Assembly: GCA_017649855.1 (NCBI GenBank) | Contig: JAGCGA010000019.1 | Coordinates: 7,645-71,644 of the forward strand | Length of the DNA stretch: 64,000 nt | Source of the DNA: Bacteroidales bacterium | GTDB taxonomy: Bacteria; Bacteroidota; Bacteroidia; Bacteroidales; WCHB1-69 | Reading direction: 5' to 3' | Part shown: one piece after another, positions 62,941 to 64,000 of the stretch | Layout: every line of letters begins with the position of its first letter | Position numbering within the stretch: the stretch's first letter is position 1 | Made by a program: the position numbers and the translations under genes | Notes under the pieces: generated by a model | The model's input: only the letters and a program-made list of their open reading frames with translations | The model's database searches: none | Told to the model about the DNA's origin: nothing

Positions 62941-63375
62941 TTATTGATTTTCTTTGGATTGAAAAGCTAATGCATACAATTTGATTTGCTTGATCATGGA
63001 GGCCAAGCCATTGGAACGGGTAGGGGAAAGATGTTCCTTCAAGCCGATGGCATCGATGTAGGACAAGTCGTTTTGGAGGATCTCCTGCGGGGTGCGCCCT
63101 GATAAGACGAAAATGAGCAGGTTGACGATGCCTTTGGTGATGATGGCATCACTGTCGGCCGTAAAATAAAGCAGCCCGTCGCGACATTCCGGATGCAGCC
63201 AGACTTGCGATTGGCATCCCTCTATCAGATAGTCAGGCGTTTTATATTGTGCGTCAATCATAGGAAGTTCTTTTCCTAATTCAATGATATAGTTGTATTT
63301 GTCCATCCAGTCATCAAACAGGGAGAACTCCTCTATGAGTTGTTGTTCTCTTTCTTGCATGGTATTCATAATCAC
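62941..63375 (-). CDS. sufE: Cysteine desulfuration protein SufE
   Basis: 144 aa with IEGCQSQVWL (active-site Cys) and GLSPTRSNGL. Confidence 0.9.
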   Translation of the reverse strand: MIMNTMQEREQQLIEEFSLFDDWMDKYNYIIELGKELPMIDAQYKTPDYLIEGCQSQVWLHPECRDGLLYFTADSDAIITKGIVNLLIFVLSGRTPQEILQNDLSYIDAIGLKEHLSPTRSNGLASMIKQIKLYALAFQSKENQ

Positions 63376-64000
63376 TGCTTTATAAATTTAGTAACCACAT
63401 CTTGCCGATTCGGGGCCGATATCCGGAGGAGATAGCAGCCGGAAGATAAACGGGAGATGTCCATTTTTATTTGAAGGTCCTCACTTTTTTGTTCCAGCAG
63501 CACGCGGCCGAACAGGTCAACCACCTGGATGTTCTTTTCTGAAGCCATATCGGTCGTGATGGTCAGCATATTGCTTGCTGGATTGGGATAGAGGCTGACG
63601 TTTCGCTCATAATCTTCAATGCCGACATACTCTAAATAGTCGAACTCCATGAAAGTGGGAGGGTTGCTGGGGATATAGGAGGAGAAGTTGCCGAAGGAGA
63701 CATTCACCACCGAGCTGTCAGAGAGGAAAGGATACGGGTTCGTTGTCGGGTTAAAGTCGTTATGTATCTGGTTAAAATTGGCTGCGCTGGAGTTCGTTCC
63801 GCGTCGGAAAACGTACACCTCATCCAGTACATCATCTCCGTTATAGTTGGCGTTTCCATCCCACAGAGGGTTGACGCGGTAGAAGATGAGGCCGCCTTGG
63901 GGTGTGGGGTCATACAGCATCTTTTTGTTTCGGTATTCCACGATGATATACTCGAAAGGGTTTTGAGTGGGGACACGATAGGCCAGTTGGTCTATGATGT
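63372..64000 (-). CDS. T9SS cargo protein, C-terminal part only; the gene continues past the right edge
   Basis: The reading frame stays open from 63941 to position 64000 (checked by hand: ...IIDQLAYRVPTQNPFEYIIVEYRNKK...). The C-terminus VSLYPNPASNMLTITT...GCYLLRISAPNRQDVVTKFIKQ is a type-A T9SS CTD. It has a 4-nt overlap with sufE. Confidence 0.6.
   Translation of the reverse strand, partial: IIDQLAYRVPTQNPFEYIIVEYRNKKMLYDPTPQGGLIFYRVNPLWDGNANYNGDDVLDEVYVFRRGTNSSAANFNQIHNDFNPTTNPYPFLSDSSVVNVSFGNFSSYIPSNPPTFMEFDYLEYVGIEDYERNVSLYPNPASNMLTITTDMASEKNIQVVDLFGRVLLEQKSEDLQIKMDISRLSSGCYLLRISAPNRQDVVTKFIKQ

Overview
The window looks like chromosomal DNA from an anaerobic member of the Bacteroidota, probably Bacteroidales. 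Evidence: many TAnnTTTG -7 promoter boxes, several cargo proteins with C-terminal sorting domains for the type IX secretion system (T9SS), rubrerythrin, a methylmalonyl-CoA mutase subunit, and DUF1573/DUF4369-type proteins. About 85% is ordinary housekeeping sequence: mnmG, ybeY, rpiB, gap, ackA, purM, queA, nusB, yajC, trxA, a UvrD/PcrA-type helicase, cinA, xerD, upp, purB, trkAH, mntP, folD, rubrerythrin, sufE, and three tRNAs (Arg-CCT, Leu-CAA, Thr-CGT).

Three compact accessory or unexplained regions stand out:
1. 43.8-47.9 kb: an AT-rich array of orphan Rhs-type toxin and immunity cassettes between purB and trkA. It has three copies of the conserved Rhs core end ('tip', ...PDNxVQAP..STQGYN.YSYCLNNPL..VDPSGE) and 110-bp direct repeats, but no YD-repeat shell gene anywhere in the window.
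2. 17.1-18.6 kb: an AT-rich islet with two tiny Cys-containing ORFs, each with its own promoter and terminator. They are followed by a signal-less protein carrying an L,D-transpeptidase-like H-x15-C motif (IHDG...TVGCIE) and a small secreted partner, which may be an effector/immunity pair.
3. 21.39-21.64 kb: a GC-rich, strongly self-complementary, non-coding element isolated between two convergent terminators, a candidate structured RNA of unknown class.

Also notable are an ECF sigma factor translationally coupled to an anti-sigma-like membrane protein that ends in a T9SS type-B sorting domain, and a mutA-like gene with no adjacent mutB, followed instead by an orphan BtuF-like binding protein. 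All functional calls come from reading the supplied translations by eye; no database search was possible.
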